A DNA stretch of 64,000 nucleotides from Chloroflexota bacterium. GTDB taxonomy: Bacteria; Chloroflexota; Dehalococcoidia; JACPQK01. The stretch is from positions 21,027-85,026 of the forward strand of contig JACPQM010000052.1 of the NCBI GenBank assembly GCA_016190505.1, given 5' to 3'. The first letter of the stretch is position 1. Each line of letters begins with the position of its first letter. Made by a program: the position numbers and the translations under genes. Below the pieces are notes generated by a model that was given only the letters and a program-made list of their open reading frames with translations, ran no database searches and had not been told where the DNA came from. Shown here one piece after another: positions 10,367 to 19,793 of the stretch.

Positions 10367-12145
10367 TTAGGTGAGCGAGAGGAGACGTTGCACGACTTCC
10401 AGGAGTTCGTGATGTTCACGACCTTGGTCGTCCTTGTAGCGGTCTCTCTCCAGAATCTCATCACAACTCATATGCCTCACGAGACCACAGCACCCGTCCC
10501 CGATTAGGTGCTTGACGTCGCAGAAATCGTCGTTGGGGATATCCTTTCCTGTTTGGCGGTGGACGCAGGTAGGGTGGAGGTAGTTCTCTATCTCCCTTTT
10601 CCTTGTGAAATGGGCAACGGCGCCGTCAGCTTCACACTCGTGCCTAACCTTCAATCTGTCTGTGGAAAGGGTGCTACTAGGGCCTCGCAGATCGCTGTCG
10701 GCGAAAACCCCGTATCGCCTGCTGAGAGCGCGCATTGCCTGCCTGTCTACCCACAGTTTCATGTTCCCCCAACCACCCACCGGAACCAACCCTATTTGTT
10801 TGTCGGCAAACGTGGCATCCACGCATCCAGCTTCCTTGAGCTTACACGCCACGTAAGTCAGGAACTCTACGTCATCCCTTCCCTCGACGAAAACACATGC
10901 GCGGTAGGCATAGATTTGATCGCTGGGTTCCACACCCATGTCGTCGGCCAAGGCCCGCAGGTCAACGGCGTCGCCTTGAATGACTTGGGCGCTTCCTTGG
11001 GGCTTGGTTACCCACACAAGCGAGCCTCTTTCGGTCGCACCGGCAAACACAGGGGAGTGCGAAGTGACAATAACCTGGTTTTCCGCTGCTATCGCCCTCA
11101 ACGACTTGAGTAGTTCACGTTGGGCCCCGGGGTGCAAGTACGTCTCGGGTTCCTCAATGCCGAAAACGCGGTTTGCGGTCAGACGGCCCTCCGCCCGCCG
11201 ACTGGCCAGGTAGCGAAAGTACGCAACCATGAGAAGACGACGTAGGCCAGCCCCCCGTTTCACGAGAGGGACTGCTACGCCATCCCGATCTCTGGCCTCA
11301 ATGCGAAAACCCACCATATCTTTCCATTTGAACTCGGGACTTGCGCTCAAGGAACTGATATCCTCGGTATGTTGGGACAGGAAGTCATGTATCTTACCTA
11401 ATTCTCCGTTAATGAACTGCTCGATTGACTCCTCGATAGACTGGCGCTCTGCCAGAGTCTTGGTTGCCTCATCAACCATATCCCTGAACACCCTCTGAAA
11501 TGGTGTCTCCTCTTCACTTAGGCGCCAATCGGCCGCAAACAGATTGAATGTCGGGAAGTAAAGGGCCAATCTTCTTAGAACATCTTCGTCAGGCTGAATC
11601 TCCAAATCTCGTAGGGCCACTGCGCCGTCTTTTGCCTTCTCTCTTAGCTGCGCTCGCTTGTTCTTGTTGGTGACCCCTCTGCCGGCCTTTGAGAAACCGA
11701 GACCATGTTTGTCACCGGCGGCATTCAGATCGCGCTCGCTCTTGGAACAGAGATTCTGGAAATCGGCATGGTCGAAATCATTCACCAGCAGTCTGGATTC
11801 TGGCTTCTTTGCGCCCCTGGCCCAGGTGCGTCTGATCACCAAGCGCCCTTCGCGGTTCAGCAGGTGCTCCTCCGCCAATGTAGTGGCAACCCCTTCCTCG
11901 AATTCTATGGCTGGTGGCACGTCTGCGAAGGCAATGGTGATTTCTATCCTGGCATCCGATGTAGCTCCACGATTCCAGTCATCGGGATCAAGGGGTCTGT
12001 TGCTGAAGAAGATGTCCAGGGCATGAAGCACGCTCGATTTGCCAACGTCGTTTCTCCCAACCAACGTAGTGAGGGCTCCGAGCTGAACAGAGGCCTCGGT
12101 GTCGAACGCCCGAAAGTTCTTGAGAGTCACCCACTCGATCTTCAC
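10367..12145 (-). CDS. OLD-family ATP-dependent nuclease (ABC/AAA_15 ATPase + TOPRIM)
   Basis: LKNFRAF, Walker A GRNDVGKSS, signature RGAGLRR, Walker B IEEPETYLHP, TSHSP, and TOPRIM VFVEGRDD with DSD. Confidence 0.85.
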   Translation of the reverse strand: MKIEWVTLKNFRAFDTEASVQLGALTTLVGRNDVGKSSVLHALDIFFSNRPLDPDDWNRGATSDARIEITIAFADVPPAIEFEEGVATTLAEEHLLNREGRLVIRRTWARGAKKPESRLLVNDFDHADFQNLCSKSERDLNAAGDKHGLGFSKAGRGVTNKNKRAQLREKAKDGAVALRDLEIQPDEDVLRRLALYFPTFNLFAADWRLSEEETPFQRVFRDMVDEATKTLAERQSIEESIEQFINGELGKIHDFLSQHTEDISSLSASPEFKWKDMVGFRIEARDRDGVAVPLVKRGAGLRRLLMVAYFRYLASRRAEGRLTANRVFGIEEPETYLHPGAQRELLKSLRAIAAENQVIVTSHSPVFAGATERGSLVWVTKPQGSAQVIQGDAVDLRALADDMGVEPSDQIYAYRACVFVEGRDDVEFLTYVACKLKEAGCVDATFADKQIGLVPVGGWGNMKLWVDRQAMRALSRRYGVFADSDLRGPSSTLSTDRLKVRHECEADGAVAHFTRKREIENYLHPTCVHRQTGKDIPNDDFCDVKHLIGDGCCGLVRHMSCDEILERDRYKDDQGREHHELLEVVQRLLSLT

Positions 12146-12158
12146 CGGCAGTCCCCCT

Positions 12159-15100
12159 TTATGCCTTCAGCTCCGCCAGCGACTCCTGGATTTCTTTCAA
12201 CTCGTCGTTGGTGAGGCCCCACAAATCTGCCGCCAGTTGGTCAATGCGCCTCTCTATGGCGGCAACTGTCTCCTGGTCGCCCTCCGCCGCTGCCTGGTGC
12301 GCCTGCTGGGAGAGAGCGACCAACTCGCGGTGGATCTTGTCTCCAGCCTTGAACTTGGGGACGCGAACGTGCTCAAGAATATGAGGGTCAGGATGCAGCA
12401 CAATACAGTTCTTGGATGCAAAGCGAAAGGGCGAGGAATTGACCATGCCGCAAACGTAATGGGCCTCCTGCCTGCCGCCGCAAGAGACCGCTACCAGAGT
12501 GTGGTCTGGCATTGCCACCTTGCCATCGGACTCCGCCACTGCGGCGTCGGCTTCTTCCCCAACTTCCCTCCATACAACCTTGTACTCAGCCAAAGTATGC
12601 TCACTAACGCCGAACATCGAATAGAACGGTGCTCCTTTTTCCATGAGCCCTCTGCTGCCGCGGTCCTTCCTCGCCCAAAGTACTTCATCAAACCGCTTGA
12701 GGTAGGCGTAGGCCTTGGGGTAGTGCAGCTTCATGTCGTCTTCAGGGATGCCCCGGCGTAGCTCGGGGTCCTGGACCATGATGATATGGGCGGAGGGTGT
12801 CGCGGCCCAGCGCCTCACATCCCTCCCTCGGAGCAATGGGTAAATCAGGTCTGGCTCGATAGCGGCCTGCACACTTTCCACTTTCGTCCTAGCGCCCTCG
12901 GTCAGGTTGGAGACCATGGCCAAGCCCTGAGGGGTGTGGCCCACCACGTTGACCCAGTACACACCGTTGGCCCCTCCGGTGTTGACCCCCTCGTGGGCCC
13001 CGTAGTCAGACTTGCCCAGGACCTTCCTTACTGCTGCCAGCGCCTTAGGCTTGCCGGTGAGCCAGGCGGAAGTAGGGTCGGCAGCGTCAATCGGTTCGGC
13101 TTCGAACTTCCGGTAGGTGGCAACATCAAGCACCTGCCGGAATGAGAAATCGGTGCCAATGCCAATGCCCTTGACCTTCTTCCACCAGAAGTTGTAGCTG
13201 ACCGGGTACCTGGTGGGCCTGCCCTTCTCCAGCACGACTATGCTGGTCCTGTTACTGGCCCCCTCAAAGGGTTGAAGCTTCGTCATGTCGTCCACGGCGA
13301 GCACCTGAAGGCGCGTGCCATCGCCCAGGACAAAGCGCCTGAATCCCTGGCCCGCCCCCGAGGTCTTGAACACCGACTGGGTGATCACGAAGCCGAGCTT
13401 ACCGCTCGGGTGCAGGTAGTCGTGCATGGCCGAATAGGTCATGAGCATCGAGATGTCTTTCTTGCCCTTGCCCAGGATGGTGTCCATGCCGCCGTGCGGA
13501 AATAGGCCGTGATAGACCCAAAGGCGCTTGGTGTCGTTCCGGTAGTCGTCGGGCAAGCTCTCCCAGTTCACCCACGGGGGATTGCCCGCCACATAGTCGA
13601 AGTGACCGCAGAACAAGGGAGCGAAGGCGTTCTTAATGATGCGCGCCCAGATACCGTTGATGGCCCTTTCGTCGAGCTCCCTGATCCTGGCGTAAAGCTG
13701 CTCCAGGGCTTGAATGTCGTGGGCATCCTTACCTTCTACCAGAGGGAAAGCTTGGAGCAGGCGCTTGCGGAACTCACTGACCGCGTACTTGCTGTCTACG
13801 CACTCCTCGACCAGCCCGGCAAGCTGGTCAATGTACTGCGCCTTGACCAGGGAGCCGGGTATGGCGAACTCCCCCACCACCGTTTTGAAGCGATAGAGGC
13901 GCTCCTCGGCACCCACCATGCGCACCTGCTTCTGGCCCTTCTCAGGCTTCTTGGCTTCTTCCGGCTCAACCATGTCTTGCCCCGCCTGGGACGGCGTAAG
14001 GATGGAGTCGCAAAGGTAGACAGGGATGTTTACGTCGAAGTCCCGCTGCGCCTGGAGGAGGTCGCCCAGGGCCAGGAGGTAGTTGGTGCGGGCGGAGATG
14101 ATGGCCAAGGGGTTCAGGTCGAATCCCTGTATGTTGGACAGGATTTTGCTCAGCACGTCCGCCGACCGGATCGGGCGCTCAGCGCAGTGCTCCTTCACGC
14201 GCTTGATGGCCAGTACCAGGAAGGTGCCGGAGCCACAGGCGGGGTCCAGTAGCCGCTTCTCTTGCAGTCTAGGTTCGCGCTCCGAGGTGAACCCAACCTG
14301 ATTCAGCAGCCGCTCCGCGAGCCAGTCTGGGGTGTAGTACTCGCCCAGGTCATGGCGAAGCTGCCTGGGCATCACGTTCTGGTACAGCTTCTTGAGGAGG
14401 TCCCTAGTCTCGTCGGGGTCGGCGTCCAGGGTCACCAGCGAGTAGTTGGCCAGCTCAGAGACGATGCGGCGTATACCCTTGTCCACGGGTTCATCCCACA
14501 CCTCCAGATACCAGCCGAAGAAGTCGCCCTCCAGAAAGTTGCTGATCCCCAGTTGCTTGAAGATGCCGCCGCGCTCCATGTCTTTGAGGTACTTCTGTAG
14601 GCGGTCGCTGGGATAGCTGGCCACCTGGGGTAAGGCTGTGCCCAGCTTGGGGGCCACATAATAGTGGACCACCTGGAGGGCCAGAAGCTTGATAAACGTG
14701 GCGTAGTAGGTGTGGATGGAGAAAAACAGCCTGAAGGCGTTGGGCTTGGGGTCCTGGACACCGTACTGCCTGGCCACGGCCCGTACGTCCAGGCGTGGCG
14801 AGCCTTCCTCGTAGCCGCAGACCTCGCTGAACTGCTGCCGCCACTGGCCGTATATTACCGTGACTTTCGGGCTGGGCGACTCGGCCAGCGCCTTGTAGAG
14901 AGAGCTGACGGCGAGGCGTGCCACATTGGTGTTCTCGCCAAAGTCCCGGACCAGGTTGTCGGCGGTCAGAGCTTTCTCAGTGCTAAGCAGGTACAGTGAG
15001 GCAAGAAAACGTCCGGTAGAATCGGCTGCTACTGGGAGGGGATCATCGGCATGCCACACACCGCCCCGGAAGCGACAGAAGATGAAGAAGAAGCCATCGG

Positions 15101-15476
15101 TGGCTACGCCGGCCAGGCGCTCGGGCTTGTGCCTCTCCACCTTTACCAAGTCTTCGATATACTGCTTTACCTGGCCTACGGCTTGACGGTTCTTCTGGCT
15201 ATCCCTGGGCGTGAGCCTGCCAGGAGGCTCGTACTCTATGACGAAGCGGTTGTACACTGCGTCGGCCCGGCCATTGATGAGGGTATATTCCTCGCGGGGC
15301 TGCAAGGTCAGACCAAGGCCCTCGGCAAATCCCTCCAAGACGCGCCCCCGAGCCAGGTTCCCCCTGAACTGGGCTTCGTTGCCAATAGCATCGAGCGCCG
15401 CCTTCTTGATCTGCTCGGCTACTTCAGGGGAGTGTACCCTGATGGTATCTTCGGCGCTTTCTGTTGCCTGCGTCAT
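12159..15476 (-). CDS. Type IIG / Eco57I-like N6-adenine DNA methyltransferase with putative N-terminal nuclease domain and C-terminal target-recognition domain
   Basis: GEYYTP, motif I LLDPACGSGTFL and motif IV FDYVAGNPPW; 1105 aa. The N-terminal RADAVYNRFVIEYE is PD-(D/E)xK-like. Confidence 0.9.
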   Translation of the reverse strand: MTQATESAEDTIRVHSPEVAEQIKKAALDAIGNEAQFRGNLARGRVLEGFAEGLGLTLQPREEYTLINGRADAVYNRFVIEYEPPGRLTPRDSQKNRQAVGQVKQYIEDLVKVERHKPERLAGVATDGFFFIFCRFRGGVWHADDPLPVAADSTGRFLASLYLLSTEKALTADNLVRDFGENTNVARLAVSSLYKALAESPSPKVTVIYGQWRQQFSEVCGYEEGSPRLDVRAVARQYGVQDPKPNAFRLFFSIHTYYATFIKLLALQVVHYYVAPKLGTALPQVASYPSDRLQKYLKDMERGGIFKQLGISNFLEGDFFGWYLEVWDEPVDKGIRRIVSELANYSLVTLDADPDETRDLLKKLYQNVMPRQLRHDLGEYYTPDWLAERLLNQVGFTSEREPRLQEKRLLDPACGSGTFLVLAIKRVKEHCAERPIRSADVLSKILSNIQGFDLNPLAIISARTNYLLALGDLLQAQRDFDVNIPVYLCDSILTPSQAGQDMVEPEEAKKPEKGQKQVRMVGAEERLYRFKTVVGEFAIPGSLVKAQYIDQLAGLVEECVDSKYAVSEFRKRLLQAFPLVEGKDAHDIQALEQLYARIRELDERAINGIWARIIKNAFAPLFCGHFDYVAGNPPWVNWESLPDDYRNDTKRLWVYHGLFPHGGMDTILGKGKKDISMLMTYSAMHDYLHPSGKLGFVITQSVFKTSGAGQGFRRFVLGDGTRLQVLAVDDMTKLQPFEGASNRTSIVVLEKGRPTRYPVSYNFWWKKVKGIGIGTDFSFRQVLDVATYRKFEAEPIDAADPTSAWLTGKPKALAAVRKVLGKSDYGAHEGVNTGGANGVYWVNVVGHTPQGLAMVSNLTEGARTKVESVQAAIEPDLIYPLLRGRDVRRWAATPSAHIIMVQDPELRRGIPEDDMKLHYPKAYAYLKRFDEVLWARKDRGSRGLMEKGAPFYSMFGVSEHTLAEYKVVWREVGEEADAAVAESDGKVAMPDHTLVAVSCGGRQEAHYVCGMVNSSPFRFASKNCIVLHPDPHILEHVRVPKFKAGDKIHRELVALSQQAHQAAAEGDQETVAAIERRIDQLAADLWGLTNDELKEIQESLAELKA

Positions 15477-15487
15477 GCCTCGCCTCC

Positions 15488-17212
15488 CTATGCCTGCTGC
15501 TGCCTGTAGGCAGGCTTGGGGAAGACAACCTTTACGGGCTGGCGGTATATGGCGTGAGAGAGCAGGAGCTCACCCTTGTTGAGGCGGGTCACGTTGAGCT
15601 TCAAGTCGTCGTCCAGGAACTTGTAGTCAGGCTGGAGCACTTCGGCGGAACCAGAGCGCCCCAAGACCTTGGTCGCGGCGTTGCCAGTGACGCGCGAATG
15701 CACGGCGCTCATGAACTGTTGGGCCGAGACGAGGATGACCCCCAGGGACCGCCCCCTCTCCGCGATGTCCAACACTTGCTCGGAGATTGGCGATGTTTTC
15801 GCGCCGCTGGGGGCATATTTGTTCAGCTCGTCCACGAAGAAGATGATCTTGTCAGGTACTTCCTCTTCGCCTTCTTCAGGGGCCTCGGCCTTGAGAGCGT
15901 AGACGGTCTTAAGCAGGTCGCCGAACACCAAGGTCTGCTCGGCGTCGGCAAGCTTGGCTATGTCCACCACGTAAACATGGCCGCCCTTGATCTTGCCTAT
16001 CTCGGCGCTGAGCACTTTCTCGTTGATGGCACGGGATTCCACGAAGATCCCCGTCTGCCGGGTGTGAACCAGACGGCGAAGATGTCTTCGGAACTTACCT
16101 ACTGAGGACCCGAGGTGGTCTCCCAGCCTTACGGTCTTCTTTGCGGTGGGGTCAAACAGCGGTGGACCATAAAGCAAGGTCATCCAACTGCGCACGGCCT
16201 TGAAATCGGCCTGTCCTCCCTGGAGGCCAATCATGATGTCTCCGATGATGGACTCCATCGTCCCAGAGGGGTCCGAGACATCGCTGAAGAGCAGGTCTAG
16301 CTTGTCGGCAGTGGCTTCAAGGTCGTAGGCGTAGGTGGTGTAGATGCTAGGCGGGAAGAAGCTGTTGGGCTGAATCCCATCCTTGCTTCGCGGCAGGAAA
16401 TAGTGGACTTTGCCCGGCTCAAAGGGCTTGGGTTCCAGGCCCAGCTTCTCCCACTTCTCCTTCTCTTCGGGCGGCAGGTCCGGGCCCCGTTCATCAATGT
16501 GCAGCAAGTCGGCCTGCTTCACGTTCATGATGATGACGGCTATCTTCGTCGGATCGTCGGCTTTCTGAAGTATAGACTGGATGATGAACATGGCGTAGGA
16601 AGTCTTCGTCGCCAGCCCGCTGATCCCCGAGATGTTGATATGGGCAGATTCCGGGCCCAGCACGTAGCGGCGGTCAATGTAAGCCACCGCAGAAGCGCCG
16701 TTGCTCATGCTGATCAAACCGGCAGGAACTCGGTTTTTCAACTCCATTTGGTCAATGCCCAGAGCCTCTTCAATCCCATTGGCATCCGCAAACGTAACCA
16801 CTCGTTCGTTGGGAACAGGCATGTACACATTGGCGTTATTGCTGAGGACATTCACTTTGGCTATGGTGGTGCCCTGGCGAGGCGTGTTCGGTTCCTCGGC
16901 CAGACTACCGAAATTGCTGGATATAAAGTTGGCCAGGTGATTGGGCGCATCGGTCCGGTGTTCAAGGGTGGTGACCAGGCCGTAGGTCTTGCTGGCCTTG
17001 TTGTCCGGAGCAACCTGACCGACTTGCACAATGTCAAACGGGTTGACTATGACTTCGGGCGAAAGCCAGAAATTGAACTTGTCCGAGGTGCTGGGGTCTC
17101 GCTCCGTGGCGGAACTGCGCCCGACGGGCGCCTCGGCCGCCTTCCCCGGGGTTTGAGCTCCGTTCTTCTCGAGGGTGACCTGTGTAGGGGCTTGTATGCT
17201 CTCGTTCACCAT
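15488..17212 (-). CDS. HerA/FtsK-family ATPase with N-terminal HAS-barrel-like domain
   Basis: Variant Walker A GISGLATKTS, Walker B IFFVDELNKY and arginine-finger region ERGRSLGVILVSAQQ. ATG at 17212 follows GGAGGAGG. Confidence 0.85.
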   Translation of the reverse strand: MVNESIQAPTQVTLEKNGAQTPGKAAEAPVGRSSATERDPSTSDKFNFWLSPEVIVNPFDIVQVGQVAPDNKASKTYGLVTTLEHRTDAPNHLANFISSNFGSLAEEPNTPRQGTTIAKVNVLSNNANVYMPVPNERVVTFADANGIEEALGIDQMELKNRVPAGLISMSNGASAVAYIDRRYVLGPESAHINISGISGLATKTSYAMFIIQSILQKADDPTKIAVIIMNVKQADLLHIDERGPDLPPEEKEKWEKLGLEPKPFEPGKVHYFLPRSKDGIQPNSFFPPSIYTTYAYDLEATADKLDLLFSDVSDPSGTMESIIGDIMIGLQGGQADFKAVRSWMTLLYGPPLFDPTAKKTVRLGDHLGSSVGKFRRHLRRLVHTRQTGIFVESRAINEKVLSAEIGKIKGGHVYVVDIAKLADAEQTLVFGDLLKTVYALKAEAPEEGEEEVPDKIIFFVDELNKYAPSGAKTSPISEQVLDIAERGRSLGVILVSAQQFMSAVHSRVTGNAATKVLGRSGSAEVLQPDYKFLDDDLKLNVTRLNKGELLLSHAIYRQPVKVVFPKPAYRQQQA

Positions 17213-17228
17213 TTCGGCCTCCTCCACC

Positions 17229-18356
17229 TCAGGGTGCACCTGGCTTGGGCCATTTGATGGCTCCCATGAGCACTTGCTGGGAAAAGAACCGGTTCTTGGT
17301 GGCCTGCTCCGCCATAAAGATGGGATAGATGTGGCAGTGCCAACGCCTGTCCAAGCCGTATGGGGTGACGCTTCGTTCTGCTACCAGGGCCCGGGACAGC
17401 AGGTCCGCCAAGTCAGCGGGCACCGGCTTCCGGTCGGGTCGGGGCAACTCTACCTTGACCACGCCCATAAGAGGATAGTCCAGGTCCTTTTGTTCCCACA
17501 TCCTGACGTACCAGAAAGCGACCTTCCCGTCATAAGCCTTGAAGGCCATCGTGCGGTGGGCATAGGGCAGCGCCGCCAGGATGGTGGTAACGTCCCTCTT
17601 CTCGGATTTCCTTGCCCCAAAGTAGAACTGGGGCTCCTTGCTGAATGATTTTGCCACCCCGATCAAGTGAGGCGCGGAGATGAAGTCTCCGAGTTTGACA
17701 GCGCCGTCTATTATTAGCCAGCTATCCTCGCTCCGGAGATGGTCCGTTGCCTTGATAAGCTCGGCCTCCATCTCGTGCATCCGGAAACGCGCTTTACCGC
17801 CCGCCTTGTCCCTGGGGTCTTTCTTGTCGTCGCCAAATACATCTGGAATGTCGAAATCAACTATCTGTAGGACGCTGCCGGGCGGTTGAACCTTTGAGAG
17901 CTGGGTCCAGACCGAATCCGACACTCCGCGAGCACCCTTGGGAACGAGAAGCAAAACCTTGAGGTCGCTGGAAAGGGTGCTGAGGTGCCCGTGCTCGTCC
18001 CGGGTGACCACGGATGCCCCAATCTGCGCCAACTCGATGGGGAAAGTCCGAGTACCCTCGATCCCCGTGGCCAGGAAGTACGTCCGTAGGCTTCCGTCCA
18101 AGAAGAACCTGAACAGATGACGTTCCGCACGAGGCAATGGAGGCGTCGGCCTGTATATGTTGGTGGTCGAAGGCTCAGGCTCTTCGGCGAAGGCTGTGAC
18201 ATCCTTGTCCATTTCCTTGTGGACCAGGACATCGTCAATCTCGTCCTGGTCTGGGTGCTGTAGGTCTTCGACGGCCGTGCCCGTGGCCGGCAATATGTTG
18301 AGGTTCTTGCCCAGCAGTTCCAGGGCCGGAGTGATTACCGACAAGGGGTTGGGCAC
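17229..18356 (-). CDS. NurA-like (RNase H fold) nuclease
   Basis: FFLDGSLRTY and LIIDGAV acidic motifs, GVAKS, late EQ; lies directly upstream of a herA-like gene. Confidence 0.7.
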   Translation of the reverse strand: MPNPLSVITPALELLGKNLNILPATGTAVEDLQHPDQDEIDDVLVHKEMDKDVTAFAEEPEPSTTNIYRPTPPLPRAERHLFRFFLDGSLRTYFLATGIEGTRTFPIELAQIGASVVTRDEHGHLSTLSSDLKVLLLVPKGARGVSDSVWTQLSKVQPPGSVLQIVDFDIPDVFGDDKKDPRDKAGGKARFRMHEMEAELIKATDHLRSEDSWLIIDGAVKLGDFISAPHLIGVAKSFSKEPQFYFGARKSEKRDVTTILAALPYAHRTMAFKAYDGKVAFWYVRMWEQKDLDYPLMGVVKVELPRPDRKPVPADLADLLSRALVAERSVTPYGLDRRWHCHIYPIFMAEQATKNRFFSQQVLMGAIKWPKPGAP

Positions 18357-18651
18357 GGTTCAACTCCCGTCAGGAATCCAAAAGTACCTGGGGGCTACTC
18401 GCCCCGACCTAGGACGTGCTGGTATCGCAACTGCAACTGCGACCAACGCTCCAGCACGAAGTCCACTTGACTGGGGCAATTGTGCAACTTTTCGCTGCGG
18501 CGCGCAAGGTGCCCGCCGTTTGGAGAGCTACCTATTCTTTCGGACCGGAAGTGGGCAATCGCGTCACGCACCCGCGTCGGCGGTGGACTGGTTGCGGACC
18601 TCAACGCAGTGCAGCCTCGCATGGAACGATCTAGCGAAAAGTTCGCTGACG

Positions 18652-18722
18652 GCCCAATGCGGCCATGACCCGCGTGTTGTCGGCGCGGCAATTACAGGTC
18701 GGCGTCAATGGCCCTGTTGGGT
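18652..18722 (-). mobile_element. attC-like integron cassette recombination site
   Basis: Minus strand reads ACCCAAC-agggcc-ATTGACgCCG...CGGGTCAT-ggccgc-ATTGGGC. It has an RYYYAAC left core, paired L boxes with two extrahelical bases and a near-GTTRRRY right core, and overlaps the ORF stop. Confidence 0.6.
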
Positions 18723-19033
18723 GTTTTTCTTATTTTCACTCGGAAAGCGTCCTCTCCGAAACTGTGGTACGTAACGACGGTTAAGTGATAAGATCGGCCT
18801 CCCACCGTGATGCTTCTGCCTTCCCTTCCGATAGCGTACAGGTGCTCTCGCAGAGTACGGGCGTCCTCGCTTGTCGACTCAATGCTGGCGATGCCAGCCC
18901 CCGTTTTGCCTCTGAGTGCACACACGTCTTCGCGGCCGTCCTTGTATTCGATTTCCAAGGTATCCGCTCGGTGCCTGAGCGTATCTGCGACCAGGCGGTG
19001 CAGGATGCCCCCAGGCTCCGACCGCAACTGCAT
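18692..19033 (-). CDS. Hypothetical cassette protein (113 aa)
   Basis: AAGGAGGGG RBS; the ORF sits between two attC-like sites. Confidence 0.7.
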   Translation of the reverse strand: MQLRSEPGGILHRLVADTLRHRADTLEIEYKDGREDVCALRGKTGAGIASIESTSEDARTLREHLYAIGREGRSITVGGRSYHLTVVTYHSFGEDAFRVKIRKTPNRAIDADL

Positions 19034-19052
19034 AATCCCCTCCTTTGTGGCT

Positions 19053-19133
19053 CTCTAACGACTCAACGGCAAGGGGCTGAGCCGCGGCGCTCAAGTCCTC
19101 GCCAGCGCCGTCGGCTCCATCGCGCTGATAGCC
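19053..19133 (-). mobile_element. attC-like integron cassette recombination site
   Basis: Minus strand reads GGCTATC-agcgcg-ATGGAGCCGacGGCGCT...AGCGCCgCGGCTCA-gccccttgcc-GTTGAGT(c)GTTAGAG. It has an extrahelical G in the L box and a GTTRRRY core. Confidence 0.6.
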
Positions 19134-19192
19134 AGCGCTGTCGTCGGGGGGCGCCTGCCTCATGGTGGCTCAGGACAGCGGTCCTACACGTC

Positions 19193-19543
19193 CTAGAGAT
19201 ACACCGCCGCCATCTCGAACGCTTCCTCGGGCGTTCCGTAGAAGGTGCCGTTCGGAAAGATGCTCGGCTCATACCGCTCGTGGCTGTACGTGTAGAATGC
19301 CATGCTCCAGGCCTCTTCGTTGCCGAAGTACCGAAGCCGGCACAGGTGTAGCGGCCCCGTTGGTGTCGGGTCCAGATGGGCGTCTATGTAGCACAGCGCG
19401 CCGCGGAAGCGGATGTCGAGCTGACTGAACTTGCCGCCATAGTGGGCGTCCGCGTACGTTCGGATCCTCTGCTCCGTACGGAGACGAACCACCGGCGGGA
19501 CCTTTTTCCCGCCGACCTGGGGATTGTAGACCCAAGCACACAT
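19193..19543 (-). CDS. Hypothetical protein, DUF3024-like
   Basis: LDIRFRGALCYIDA...LCRLRYFG..WSMAFYTYSHERYEP; 116 aa. Confidence 0.6.
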   Translation of the reverse strand: MCAWVYNPQVGGKKVPPVVRLRTEQRIRTYADAHYGGKFSQLDIRFRGALCYIDAHLDPTPTGPLHLCRLRYFGNEEAWSMAFYTYSHERYEPSIFPNGTFYGTPEEAFEMAAVYL

Positions 19544-19564
19544 CGGGGCGCGTCCTTCCCGTGG

Positions 19565-19723
19565 TCAGCGCAAAGAGTAGCGCCGGCTCAGGTCAAGGAT
19601 GCCCTGGAAATGTGGGTCCCGCTCGACATTCCAGTATGTCCCTCCACACATCGGACATCCAAACTTAACCTTTTCCTGGAGGTGACCGATCACGCGCTGG
19701 ATATGGGATTCGGGAACCGGCAT
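19565..19723 (-). pseudogene. Short Zn-ribbon (CPMCGG) ORF, probably a truncated cassette gene
   Basis: ATG ~27 nt after a GTTAGGC core; only one CxxC before an early stop. Confidence 0.4.
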
Positions 19724-19749
19724 GATTCCCCCGACTATCGGTCGCTGAC

Positions 19750-19793
19750 GCCTAACAGTGCCTTTTGGCCGCTGTTCAAGCCGCATATTAGCA
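19750..19793 (-). mobile_element. Degenerate/shortened attC-like (or attI-like) site
   Basis: Minus strand GCTAATatgcggCTTGAAC...GTTAGGC: perfect GTTRRRY core, but the internal stem is largely missing. Confidence 0.35.

Noticed and set aside
10367-12145. Gabija system
   Set aside because: A GajA-like OLD nuclease is present, but no UvrD-like GajB helicase is adjacent.
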